64,000 bases of DNA, taken from the NCBI GenBank assembly GCA_032718475.1, contig JAUCBJ010002167.1, positions 1 through 64,000 of the forward strand. The letters are read 5' to 3'. The position numbers were made by a program, and so were the translations under genes. The notes beneath the pieces are model-generated. The model was given only the letters and a program-made list of their open reading frames with translations, was not told the DNA's origin and made no database searches. The DNA is from Nemertoderma westbladi (taxonomy: Eukaryota; Animalia; Xenacoelomorpha). This document shows positions 24,601 to 37,056 of the stretch, piece after piece (position 1 is the stretch's first letter; every line of letters starts with the position of its first letter).

Positions 24601-26504
24601 TGTATATTATAAAGTATATTGTGGTGCTTAAGTATAGTTTTAACTTATTTGATAGTACAACTCTGCTGGGCAATAACTGTTAGAGCCTGGTATTTTAATG
24701 ATTTTAATTTTTTACTGTGGACCTTTGATTTTATTTAATAATATATGCCAGCTAGACTGGCTCCGCGTTCTTGGCGCGAGACTATTATTCACTGAAGTAA
24801 ATGGCCAATAGAAGCCATTTTTCTTTGTTCCTATACAGCTGACCCTGGCTAAAACCGTAAACAATGACGAATATGCCGCATGTAAGCTTTTCATTGGATG
24901 ATGATGATTTCGTAGTATTTCTAGGAATTAACCAGGCCTGGAAGCTCAGTGTTCTGCTTTTCTGATAGTGGCAGGGCGGTTTTTGCCTCGAGGCCAAAAT
25001 GTTGTAGAATCATAGTAGATTAACTGGAGTACACTCAAAGTACTGAGTTATACATACTGCATAAACTAAATGCTGGTTGTTATTGTTGATATATTATACT
25101 TGATGGTTCAATTTATGTAAATATTGGTGATGATATGGAGATGCCGCTATTAATATATCTTAAAGTCTAACTTATCGCTATCTATATCAAAAGAAGTAAA
25201 GTTGTTGTCGGTAAATTAGCGGTCCCAGTTCACAATCAATTGGTGTGCATGAGAATATATGTTATTTAATAGCCCCAATGTGCACTAAACTGCATAAACT
25301 GTACAGTGTACATGTACTGTACTGTGTGCATGTGTACTAAACTCCTTATTCATGAATAAAATTGTCTCAAGTCTGCAATTCAGGCACCAGAGTGTATTTC
25401 AGTCGGTGTTAACATACCACACCCCTAAAGGATGTGGAGACTATGATTATTGTTAACAATCTGTTGTAATTACTGTAAGCCATAGAATTGTGCCCATCAT
25501 GTATACTGGCATTATAATATTCCATAGGCCTACTGACTGTTATCACTTGTATATATACTAGTTAATTAGTGCATACTGGCACCTATACTGTTACTATATA
25601 TCTGTAACGCAGTATATAATAATTAACTACTGACTTTCAAACTGAGATTGAATTTATCGGTTTAATTTAATTATTATTTGTATAATAACTGTTTAGGCCT
25701 ACCTGTTTTAACCTTAAATATTTATTGGGCATACTGTTATTGTGGTTACTATATTAAATAGGCAGGTAGTTCATAGATAACTTAAACCCCAATCTAAATC
25801 TTTCTGACAGCATACTAGATCAATCCACTTTTGACCAGTAGGTAGTTCAGCCAGTAGGAGCAAGGAGCCAGTAACCACTTCCCCTACTGTAAGAAAATAT
25901 CCTAAGACTAAGGAGATCTAGGCTGATGGATTACCATTGGTCAATCACAGGTACTAGGCCACAGGTCAGGTAAGATCAAGCCGCCAAAAGACAGACAGCT
26001 AAACTTCCTGGTAGTGTAAGAACTAAACTCCAGACTTCTGTGGAGGATGGCCTAGCCAAATGGAAGGCCGTAACTTCCGGGGAAACCCAACCTATACAAC
26101 CCGCCCCTGAGAACAGTAGCGAGACTAGCAGTCACCCTAGTACTGTAGACATAGCTCAGCTAGATCGTAGCATAGAAGACCGCCTTGGTGGAGAAATATA
26201 TATATATATATATTAATTGACAAAATAAAACATTAAACGGCACAGAATTAATTGATTAACATATTGCATAATAACAATTACACAAAAAAAACCCTTCTTT
26301 AGTCCAAATTACAAATCTTATATCATTAGAATATAAAACAATATAAGAGTTACCCTATAGCACAAAAGAAAAATAAATAAATATGCCTACTAGTGGGGTC
26401 GCTTAAGGCTGAAATATAGCAAAATCGTTAATTGCCGGACAAAAGCATGAAAATGTGACTATATATGTAAAAAAATGTGTAGATTAATCTGAGCCTGTGT
26501 ACCA

Positions 26505-26870
26505 AAAAAATTGACTACTTCCCTAGCAACAGGGTGACTTTTTCATAGCAACCGTTGTATATTTAATGTAATTATGATTGAAACTTGGGATAAACAACCT
26601 GTCTAGCAATAGAAGATGGTCAATAGTGACATTTGCGCTGATACACTTTTCCTTGGCAACCGGGTGACCTTTCCCTAGCAACCGCTGTATATTTATTGAA
26701 ATTTTGATTGAAACTTGGGATAAACAACATGTCTAGCAATAGAAGATGGTTAATAGTGACATTTGCGCTGATACACGTTTCCTTAGCAACAAGGTGACCT
26801 TTCCCTAACAACTGCCTGCAATTCTGATTGAATCTTGGGATCATGTTGGGATAACCAACCTGTATAGCAA
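26505..26870. repeat. ~130-bp tandem repeat, ~2.7 copies
   Basis: AAACTTGGGATAAACAAC...TCTAGCAATAGAAGATGG recurs at 26581 and 26712, partially at ~26831. Confidence 0.75.
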
Positions 26871-26899
26871 TATATGCATATATATATGCATATATACTG

Positions 26900-27360
26900 T
26901 ATAATGAATATTACTCATAAAAAGTTCAGTACTTCATAAACAAACTCACAAACGACTCTAGACGATGTACTAAATTGGCGACTAAGGCGATTATTATCTA
27001 AAACTGACATTAACTTATTATAACCCGGTGTTTTCCCGCTATAACACAGATCCAGTACTTGGTTAATTGGTAAATTACGATTCTTACAGTTCATTAGTTT
27101 TCGTATGTAGTTTTTCCTATTTTTATTTATGATATCAACCAATCTTAGGAAACCAACTTTCAATATAGCATAAATTATTGGGTGTCTGCAGTCTGACTGA
27201 TAGTATAACTTAAATCATTTCCATGTATAAACTCTCAAAGGATTTGACATTATCAGTTAACCACGATTCACTAGCGTAAAGCATCAATGAAATTACATAT
27301 GCGTTTAGCACTTGCTTTTTATAAATGAAAAGAATATCATTATTTGTACTCCAGAAAATA
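26900..27360 (-). mobile_element. Degenerate LINE C-terminal fragment
   Basis: LMLYASESWLT (resembles LLYGCESW) followed by a Lys-rich tail ORF at 26915-27163. Confidence 0.4.
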
Positions 27361-28621
27361 CATCCTTACCATGTGATCGCAGTGGCAGCTGCTCTAATCC
27401 CAGTGGACTCTTAGCAAGATCCTTTACGCCATCCCCACAGCAGCATCTTAGTGCAGATCTTGGAAGCTATAGATGAACACCTCGCTGAAGCAGCACTGGG
27501 CAGACCTTCACATAAACTAGATTATGCTAGTTATGCCATAGATGAGCTAGAGGATTTAGTGCAGCAGAAACATAACTTCCCCAGCCTCAGAGAACCTTTT
27601 GGTCTAGGACCAGCCCCTTGGGAGGATTTATACCACTTACGAGTCTCCTGAGACATTAATGATCGCGCAGTATGGAAGAACTCAGAAGCATGATATACTC
27701 AAGGATTTTTTAATTCCTTGGGACATATTGAGACTCAACTGTTTCGAGGAACCACTAATTCAGCAGGGCGAAACAGACTAATCCTGTCTGCATTTGGATA
27801 GGTTGCATTCCTGGTACTGTATGTACAGGCCCTTTGGCAAAAACCTCAGAGAAATAACTGAGAGTGTATTTGTGTAAGTGTATTTAATACTTAATAATAA
27901 CTGAGTATGGAAGTTCAAGACGAACTAGAGGTTACAGAAGTTAGCTCAGTAGAGGAGGGTTCATTCTCCTCCGACAATGACAAAGTTCAGGTATTGTATG
28001 ATAAGGATAATGTCATAGGACTCCTTATGAAAAATCAATCCTGGTCTAATCAAGTGGAGCCAAGCAACTTAATTCATAGGAATAATGAGTTAGCAGCATT
28101 TGAAGACGACAAGTTAAATGAGGTAGTGGAACGGTATAACGCAAAATTAACGGATGAACATGCATTTAAATTCTTCACTCAGGAAGCTGTGGAACCAAAC
28201 TCTTATGATAAAAATCTGTCTATAGAAGAAGAGAGAGCGAGACAGATTCAAGCAACAACCACCCACTTTATCAAAGCAGAAGGGCATTATCTATTCTTCT
28301 CTTTCGAAAACGAGAATCTTGATTCATAAACAACTCACAGTTAAGAGAATAGAGCAACTACAAGGCCGACTTTCTGGTAATTAAAGAGCTAAGGAGATGT
28401 ATAAGACGCAGCTGAAGAAGTTCATCAACAAGGGATATGCAGAACGAGTTCCCCCCTGGAACTGAAGTAACTGAGCGGATGTATTATCTTACACATCATT
28501 ACATTCCCAAACCTGGAAGCCTGGAAGGCATATTTCTGACTATCAGACAGCCTACTGGAACAACCGGTAGTTTGTATATAATCATTGGATTCTCTCGCTG
28601 CCTGCTGGTCTACCATATAAT

Positions 28622-29638
28622 ATGGATAGAAGAAAGTCCACAGATACAACAAAGAAACAACAGGTTAACATAAACGCGCGACAAACGGATACTCATTCCT
28701 CGCAGACGAGGGGTAAATCAGGTTCACTACAAAGGAACACTAAGATTAATAAGATAACCATAGCATGGGATATTGCACGGGACGATGGGTTTACCGAAAT
28801 CGAAGTTAACTGCTCTGGTTCGAACTGTGACGTCTCAATGATTTGTATAGCTAGAGAAGGGACCGAATTCGGCCGAATCGATTTTTATTGTGGCACATGC
28901 ATGAGCCAACGTCTAGCTGGTCTCGCTGCCGAACTAGAGAAACACGAGACGCGTGTATGTGATAATCTGTTGGAGATGCAACAACAATTGGACTCTTTCA
29001 CCGGTAGAACCAATAAACTGGAAAAACGGGTTAATGATAACAGAGACGCAACATTAACCAGATTAAAGGAACTTCGGGTTGAACTTGAAACAAACACTGA
29101 CGATAACATGAAGAGGATCTCAAACCTTGAAACTTCTGTATCAGAATTCAACAATGCATGTACAACAGCGGAAGTGGAACCTGATATCGGAGGTGTATGG
29201 AACAAAGTATCCTACTCTTCAAAGGTTAAATCCAACAAGAAAGTGCCAAACCTTGCAGCGCTATCAAAGCAAATACAACACGAGGAAGCAGAACACAACA
29301 AACGTAAACTTAATCTCGTAATAAAAGGTTGCGATCTGCCACCAGAATGCGACGTTAAAGATGCTGTAATTGACATAGCTAGCGCCATTAATGTTGATCT
29401 AGTTAGGGCGGAGACTATTACAAGACGCGTTGGAAAACTGCCGAACAGTGGTCACCCGAGACCAATAGTTATTACTCTATCCCAGGAGAAACGCCAGGCT
29501 CTCCTACGGAATGCCTGGGGACTCCGCAACATAGAGCGGTACAAGAGAGTATATATCTCCCCTGATTACACACCCAAAGAAAGTCGACTTCAGTTCGAGT
29601 TACGAGAGGAGCTCAGGTCTCGGACAGCTGCCCGTTGA
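28622..29638 (+). CDS. LINE ORF1 (PHD-like Cys cluster, coiled coil, RRM-like domain)
   Basis: C...C...C...FYCGTC; heptad-rich middle; RKLNLVIKG..RVGK..RPIVITL..VYISPDYT motifs of CR1/L2 ORF1. Confidence 0.82.
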   Translation: MDRRKSTDTTKKQQVNINARQTDTHSSQTRGKSGSLQRNTKINKITIAWDIARDDGFTEIEVNCSGSNCDVSMICIAREGTEFGRIDFYCGTCMSQRLAGLAAELEKHETRVCDNLLEMQQQLDSFTGRTNKLEKRVNDNRDATLTRLKELRVELETNTDDNMKRISNLETSVSEFNNACTTAEVEPDIGGVWNKVSYSSKVKSNKKVPNLAALSKQIQHEEAEHNKRKLNLVIKGCDLPPECDVKDAVIDIASAINVDLVRAETITRRVGKLPNSGHPRPIVITLSQEKRQALLRNAWGLRNIERYKRVYISPDYTPKESRLQFELREELRSRTAAR

Positions 29639-30009
29639 ACGGGCAGCTAAACGTTGGATTATCCAGATAAACGTTGGATTATCCAACGCAGTACTGTAAT
29701 GGAAGCTACCTTTCAAAGATCAGACCGATCTGTCCGGCAATATCCTGAGGCAGGTGATATGGACAACGCACCCGAGTCTGTACAGAACCCGAAAACTATA
29801 GACCTTACGACATCACCTCCTCATAAAGCCACCCATTCATATTCCAAACGACAATTTCGAACCAGAAAGAGTTCGGGAATATCCACGCAGACAGACTGAC
29901 AACCACCTGCATGCACAGCCGGGACACCGAAGGTATCCCTGTCACTTGTAAGTTTCAACCATACAATCAGTACCATACACTTTGACAATATACCCGGTAA
30001 TGGCAATAA

Positions 30010-31145
30010 CGATGGTATCAATAATGTAGACAGTTCCGGAAATGTTAGTGGTTATAAATCAACCTGTAATGAAAGTGTCAATAATGTAAACAGTATCATT
30101 ACCGATGATTATATATCCGGTACCGGCAGTAATGATATTGTCAATAATGTAGACAGTTCTGGAAATGTTAGTGATTATAAATCAACCTGTAATGAAAGTG
30201 TCAATAATGTAAACAGTCTCGTTACCGATGATTATATATCCGGTACCGGCAGTAATGATATTGTCAATAATGTAGACAGTTCCGTAAATGTTAGTGATTA
30301 TAAATCAACCTGTAATGAAAGTGTCAATAATGTAAACAGTCTCGTTACCGGTGATTATATATCCGGTACCGGCAGTAATGATATTGTCAATAATGTAGAC
30401 AGTTCTGGAAATGTTAGTGATTATAAATCAACCTGTAATGAAAGTATCAATAATGTAAACAGTATCATTACCGATGATTATATATCCGGTACCGGCAGTA
30501 ATAACATTGTCAATAATGTAGACATTTCTGGAAATGTTAGTGATTATAAATCAACCTGTAATGAAAGTGTCAATAATGTAAACAGTCTCGTTACTGGTGA
30601 TTATATATCCGGTACCGGCAGTAATGATATTGTCAATAATGTAGACAGTTCTGGAAATGTTAGTGATTATAAATCAACCTGTAATGAAAGTATCAATAAT
30701 GTAAACAGTATCATTACCGATGATTATATATCCGGTACCGGCAGTAATAACATTGTCAATAATGTAGACATTTCTGGAAATGTTAGTGATTATAATTCAG
30801 CCTGTAATGAAAGTGTCATTAATGTAAACAGTCCCGATACCGATGATTATATATCCGGTACCGGCAGTAATAACATTGTCAATAATGTAGACATTTCTGG
30901 AAATGTTAGTGATTATACTTCAGCCTGTAATGAAAGTGTCATTAATGTAAACAGTCCCGATACCGATGATTATATATCCGGTACCGGCAGTAATGATATT
31001 GTCAATAATGTAGACAGTTCTGGAAATGTTAGTGATTATAAATCAACCTGTAATGAAAGTGTCAATAATGTAAACAGTCTCGTTACCAACAATTATATAT
31101 CTGGTACCGGCAGTAATGATATTGTCAATAATGTAAACAGTTCAG
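30010..31145 (+). repeat. 123-bp minisatellite, ~9 copies, open in one frame (41-aa N/S/D/V-rich unit)
   Basis: CCGGTACCGG recurs at 30117, 30240, 30363...; unit translates to VNNVDSSGNVSDYKSTCNESVNNVNSLVTDDYISGTGSNDI. Confidence 0.93.
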
Positions 31146-31157
31146 CTGGAAACTTGA

Positions 31158-34033
31158 TTAGATTATATTCAATTTTGTAATATTAATACGCGCTCTCTGC
31201 GTCACAAAGCAGATTATTTACGTGATTTTATGGATGAAAATAATATTGATATTTTGGCTGTCACTGAGTCATGGTTGTCAGGTAATGATGATGACATACC
31301 AGTTGAAAATACTTTAACTAGTGATCTGATCTACAGGTTCCAACAAAACCCTAGAATCTATAGTCAAATTGCTCAAAGCGGGGGTGGAATAGCTTGTGTG
31401 TCAAAAATTCAGCTTGATCTGAAGGATAAAACAGATAAATCATTACAATACAAATCCTTCGAATTTATGGAGCTAACCTGTAGTAAATCCGATACCTTAA
31501 TTCGAATTATCATCATCTATAGAATACATCCAACAACTAAAAATAAGCTCACTGTCGACAATTTTATTACTGAATTCTCAGATTTTATGCAATGTATTGT
31601 CCTTGCCCCTGGTGAACTAATAATGATAGGAGATTTCAACTTTCACATGAACGATATAATCAATAATAAGGACGCAATGGAGTTCAATGAGTTGTGTAAT
31701 TGCTTTGGCCTAATCCAACTCGTTACTGAACCTACTCATCGATGTGGTAACACTTTGGATTTGATCTTAGTACGTGATGAAACCAGTTTGGATATTAATA
31801 ATGTAAATGTCAAGGACATAGGTCTTTCAGATCATTTTCCTGTTCAATTTACTTTTCTTCACAGAACACCTAAAATAAAAGAAGATTGGACCAGAACAAG
31901 AAACTTAAAATCTATTAATATCAATGTATTATTGCCAGACATTCAACAAAGTACATTATTTAATCAGGCTGATGACCCAAGTGATATAAATGAATTTGCT
32001 GCAAATTTTGATAATGTATTATTGAATATCTTAGATAAGCACGCTCCTTTACGCCAGAAATCGTCAAAGCCACGAACAATCTGTGGAAAATGGTACACCA
32101 CAGAAATAGCTCAAGCAAAGCGTGTCAGAAGGCAATTGGAAAGACACTATCGGAAGTCTAAATTAACTTGCGATTTACTTATATATCGTGATCACTGTCG
32201 GAAATTGTCAAAGTTAATTGATAACACAAAGAGAGACTACTATAAAGGCATCATAGAAGCTGGTGGTGGTGATCAACGGGTTTTATACAAGACAATTCAA
32301 TTTTTAGTGTCCCCCAACAGTGCAAATGTGCTGCCATCTCGTGATAATGATATGATGTTATGCAAAGATTTTTCAAAATTCTTTGATACTAAAATCCAAG
32401 AAATGAAGGAAGGAATATGAAGGATATGCTGGAATTAGTGATTGTGAAAATGAGAAGGATGTATCTGTATCACAAAGTAACATCACCTCTTCAAGCGAGC
32501 TTTTCACCGAGTTTGAACCAGTAACAGTGCAATCTTTATCTGATCTTGTTAAAACAACACCAATAAAAACCGGTCCCGGAGATCCCCTACCTTCTACAAT
32601 CCTGAAGGGTTGCATCCACTTATTAATTTCAGTGTTTGTATTAATCATCAACTTATCACTCTCTACTGCAAATGTACCGATCCTCTTCAAGGAGTCAATA
32701 TTACGGCCCCTTATTAAGAAAGTGCGCCTTGATCCAAATGTTCTAAACAACTTCAGACCAATATCTAATCTAAAGTATATAGCTAAACTCACGGAGAGAG
32801 TAGTTGCAAGACAGTTAATGCATCATTTAACTATAAACTCACTACATAAACCTTTTCAGAGTGCCTATCGTAGCACACACAGTGTTGAGACCGCCTTATT
32901 GCGTGTAAATAACGACGTTTTACGATGCATTGATGATGGTGAGAGTGTTATTTTGATAATGCTAGATCTATCCGCTGTTTTCGATTCGATCGATCATGAT
33001 ATATTGCTTTCCACTCTAAAGAACGATTTTGGTATCTACGGCCAGACTCTAAATTGGTTCAAATCTTATTTGTCAGATCGGACACAGAAGGTTCAGATAG
33101 GCTCAGCACAATCTGCTTCCAGAACATTGCGGTATGGTGTACCACAAGGTTCGGTACTTGGACCCCTGCTTTTCACACTGTATACTCGGTCACTATCCCG
33201 CGTTATTGCTAAATATGGTCTTGGGTATCATTTGTATGCCGTCGATACACAAATATATATTTCGTTCAAGCGTGAAAACTTGTCTAATGCGATTGTATAA
33301 TTGAAGTAAAGCAATGGATGACTAGACACTGGATGAAGATGAACCCTGACAAAACAGAATTCATGGTATGTCAGTCAAAGTTCTCCCAACTAGTGCCAAC
33401 TCAAAGTTTGCATATTGAAAATAACCAGGTGTTTAATACTTCCTCTGCACGGAATATTGGCTTTGTTGTCGATCAACATATGATGTTTGATAAACAAATC
33501 TCTAATGTGGTTCGTAGTTGCTTTCATCAACTGAGAAACTTGTCGCGCATACAGTTATACCTACCTACATATCATCTAGATTGGACTCCAATAATGCTCT
33601 TTATTTCGGATTATCCAATAAGTCCATAAAGCGATTACAATACGTCCAAAACTGTGCTGCGCGGTTATTATGTAAAATCGGTAGGAGGGATCATATTACA
33701 CCAGTTTTAAAGCAATTACATTGGTTGCCAGTTAAGCGTAGAATCGACTTCAAGATCGCAATGACTGTTTTTAAATGTTTGCATGGCCTAGCACCACAAT
33801 ATTTAACGGATCTTCTCAATAGATATGAACCACCTCGTGATTTGCGATCTGGATCTGCTAATTTATTGTCTGTCCCGAGATATAATCTTAGCAACTATGG
33901 ACGCCGAGCATTCTCTATTGCGGGCCCACTAGTCTGGAATGCACTCCCGAGTGAATTGCGGCACATTAACTCATTAACACTATTTAAATCGCGTCTTAAG
34001 ACACACCACTTCATTGAAGAATACCAATCGTGA
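31158..34033 (+). pseudogene. L2-type ORF2 (AP endonuclease + reverse transcriptase), frameshifted
   Basis: DILAVTESWL, GDFN, GNTLDLI, SDHFPV; LDLSAVFDSIDH, GVPQGSVLGPLLF, YAVDTQ (degenerate YADD), LHWLPVKRRIDFKI; split over four ORFs. Confidence 0.92.
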
Positions 34034-34266
34034 AAGGGAGGCTACATTTTCGAATTTATAATTGTAATTAGTAATTACCTATCACCTGCTGCACGTTTTT
34101 AAAGTTTTTTAAATCAAATATTTATTTTAACTGAACTCACCTTAGTAGATCGCTAAGTGATTTAATCTTTGGATTATTTTAAAAACTGGTACCTGGACTC
34201 ATTTTTAGAAATAAAAGCGCTTAGAGCTTAAATGTCTTATTTTGGTATTAGCGCTATATAAATATA

Positions 34267-35753
34267 CAGTCGTGGCCAAAAGTCTTGCACCATAGTAGAT
34301 TTGTAATGGGTTTTAACTACGTGTATATGAATATATTGAATTTAATGCGTTTTTATGTCATAACCAAATAAGATATCAGGTTACAGGACATAATGGAATG
34401 TTTCTGACTCTATTTATTCCAAGTGTGACATGTGATAGGTGTCAGTACCCACATTGGTAGGCCTACAGCTACGCCATACCTACTGCAGTACTGGTAGGTT
34501 GTTTAGATTTCTACTGTGATCTTGTTGCAAGTTACTGCAATTACTAGCTGCAATGGTTAAGAAAGCTTTAATCTCATTGGAGAAACGCGGGAAGGCAGTT
34601 GCGTTGAAGGAGGAGGGCTATACTCTCCTATATACTCCTATAGTTGGTAAGCGTTTGGGAATCAGTCACACATCAGTTTCACGACTAGTGGGGAAGGAAT
34701 GTGTTCATGGAACATTGGCGGATCGACCCCGATCTGGAAGACCACGTGTTACTTCTAAGTATACCGATAATAGAATACGGCGAGCAGCAGTGAAATCTCC
34801 AACCATCACTTCTGCTGCCATCCAGGGATCATTAGGCCTCCTTTCAACTGATAATCAGCCAAGTGTCCGCACTATTCGAAGGCGGTTGGTGGAAGAGTTC
34901 GACCTCAGGTCACATAGGGCTGCAAAGAAACCCCTTCTAACGGCGAAGAATCGAAAGGACCGATTAGAATTTTGTGAAAAGTATAAAGACTGGGGAACAG
35001 AAGATTGGGACAAAGTAATGTTTTCGGATGAAAGTAACTTCCTGCAGTTTGGGCGAGTGGCAAAGAACGTTAGACGCCCTGTAAACGAGCGTTATAATCC
35101 ACATTATATTTCGCCAACTGTTAAGAATCCTCCTCACATCATGGTCTGGGGCGCTTTCACCTCACAAGGACGGGGGCCACTATGGTTTCTGCCAAAAGGT
35201 ACCACCATGAACTCGAAAGTGTACCTGAAGATGCTGCAGGAGAAGTTGGCCACCCACATGGAAATAACAGGTGCCACAACGTTCCAGCAGGATGGTGCTC
35301 CTTGCCATACTGCTGGGATCGTGAAGAAGTGGATTGGGGATCAAGGGATCGTGCCATTAATGTGGCCAGGGAATAGCCCTGACCTCAATCCTATTGAGAA
35401 CCTTTGGGTCATAATGAAGGCTAAGGTAGCACAGAAGCGCCCTAGTAGTATGGCTGAACTAATTAATATAATAAAGCGGGTGTGGGTACTGGAGATATCA
35501 CAAGATTATTGTAGAAACTTAATTCACAGTATGCCGTGCCGTATAGAGTCAGTCATCATAAATAAAGGCCTACACACTAAATACTGATACCACAGTACCT
35601 GATAACTTGCAGACTAGTATAATTGTGTTATATCTATAATTTGAACATATATACATATATAAATACAGTTATTTATATACAAAAAACATTATTTAACTTA
35701 TACTATAAAACATACCAAATTGGCTTTTGGTGCAAGACTTTTGGCCACGACTG
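34267..35753 (+). mobile_element. Tc1 DNA transposon, apparently intact
   Basis: Perfect 26-bp TIRs CAGTCGTGGCCAAAAGTCTTGCACCA; TA TSD; single transposase ORF. Confidence 0.97.
34553..35587 (+). CDS. Tc1 DD34E transposase
   Basis: GRPR, FSDES, MVWGAF, FQQDGAPCH, SPDLNPIENLW; 34 residues between the second D and E. Confidence 0.96.
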   Translation: MVKKALISLEKRGKAVALKEEGYTLLYTPIVGKRLGISHTSVSRLVGKECVHGTLADRPRSGRPRVTSKYTDNRIRRAAVKSPTITSAAIQGSLGLLSTDNQPSVRTIRRRLVEEFDLRSHRAAKKPLLTAKNRKDRLEFCEKYKDWGTEDWDKVMFSDESNFLQFGRVAKNVRRPVNERYNPHYISPTVKNPPHIMVWGAFTSQGRGPLWFLPKGTTMNSKVYLKMLQEKLATHMEITGATTFQQDGAPCHTAGIVKKWIGDQGIVPLMWPGNSPDLNPIENLWVIMKAKVAQKRPSSMAELINIIKRVWVLEISQDYCRNLIHSMPCRIESVIINKGLHTKY

Positions 35754-37056
35754 TATATATTATTATTATTATTAAGCCAAATGAAGTCCGGGTAGTCTTT
35801 GACGGTTCTGCCTTATATAAAGGCCAGTCGTCCCTGAACTCAGAACTATTGCCAGGACCCAATCTATTACAATCTTTGTTGGGGATATTATTAAGATTAC
35901 GGCATACTCCATTGCGTTTACTTCCCTAAAGCAGTCATTGATAACAACAAGAAAGATATTTATATGGACGACAACATCAAGTCCACAACAATGTTTAAGG
36001 AAGCGATAGAAGTGGCAATGGGTCCAGTCAAGTGCTTACAAAAGGGTGGATTTAGATTAACCAAATTCATCAACAACTCCCAAGAGTTTCTTGATAAGTA
36101 AGTGAATGAAGAAGTAAAGACTTAGGCCTCATTAAGGATGACCTACCTGAGACTAAAACACTAGGTTTGAAGTGGGATACCATGAGAGACGTAATGTTTT
36201 TCCAGTTGAAACAGCGCGACAATCCCGTTTGAACCAAAAGGATTTGTCTGAGTATTCTGAGCACCTACTTCGACCCTTAGGATTTATCAGTCCAGTGATC
36301 CTAGTTGCTCGGAACTTAGTACAGCAGATGTGGTTAGAAAACCACTCTTGGGACGACCCGCTACAAGGAAAACTGTTAGCCAAATGGATGAAGTGGGAAG
36401 ACTCGCTTCCAGCTATAGAGGATTTTAAGATATCTCGCTCATATATTGGACACATTCTCCCCTCGTATTCCTATCAACACCATGTTATTGGAGACATTTG
36501 CAATATTGGAATAGGCATGGTAGCTTATTTTAGAGTGGAAACTCCAATGGGAATCAAGGTCTCACTCATAGCTTCTAAATCTTTTATTGTTGTATATGTA
36601 TTAGGCCATGGATTTTATCTGTCTGTATGTGTACCTTCTATCTATATATATACCGGTACCTAAGTTGAGAATATTATATATATCAGTCAGTCTGTCAGTC
36701 AGACTACTTATCTTGTTATGTATGAACTATGGTTCAACAACACAGCATGGCGCAGTCAGTGTTTAGATATTCGAACTCTACTGATCTTTTAATTTTAAAT
36801 CATCTACATATACTCTACCGCCTGCTATAAGGGGGGCTGTTCACATAACCACTATACTGGTACCGGTAAAAACGTACTGCTGAACCTGCCAGATTCTCCA
36901 CTACCGGTACCAACTTCGCGAACGTTGATATAGGCCTACATAATTACCGACCAATCCGCCAGACTAGCCTAGTAGCCTATGCCAGGCCTATTTATCTACA
37001 TCCATAAACAATAAACAGTAGGCCTAAGCCACTTACGGTTCGGTAAACTTATACTG

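Larger units (their letters stand above)
28522..35773 (+). mobile_element. Near full-length L2/CR1-group LINE (contains a Tc1 in its 3' tail)
   Basis: ORF1 plus APE-RT ORF2; 3' end GCGCTATATAAAT...(ATT)n typical of L2; flanked by AAGCC at 28517-28521 and 35774-35778. Confidence 0.88.

Noticed and set aside
24700-25000. Possible LamG-like host exon remnant (TLSFQAWL, SSWHILL), and similar at 21700-22100
   Set aside because: Motifs fall in different frames with stops, splice sites are unconvincing, and they would interrupt the PAN domain
30010-31145. CRISPR-like array (also considered for 50470-50990 and 54567-54773)
   Set aside because: Whole units are repeated with no unique spacers, there are no cas genes, and the context is eukaryotic TE
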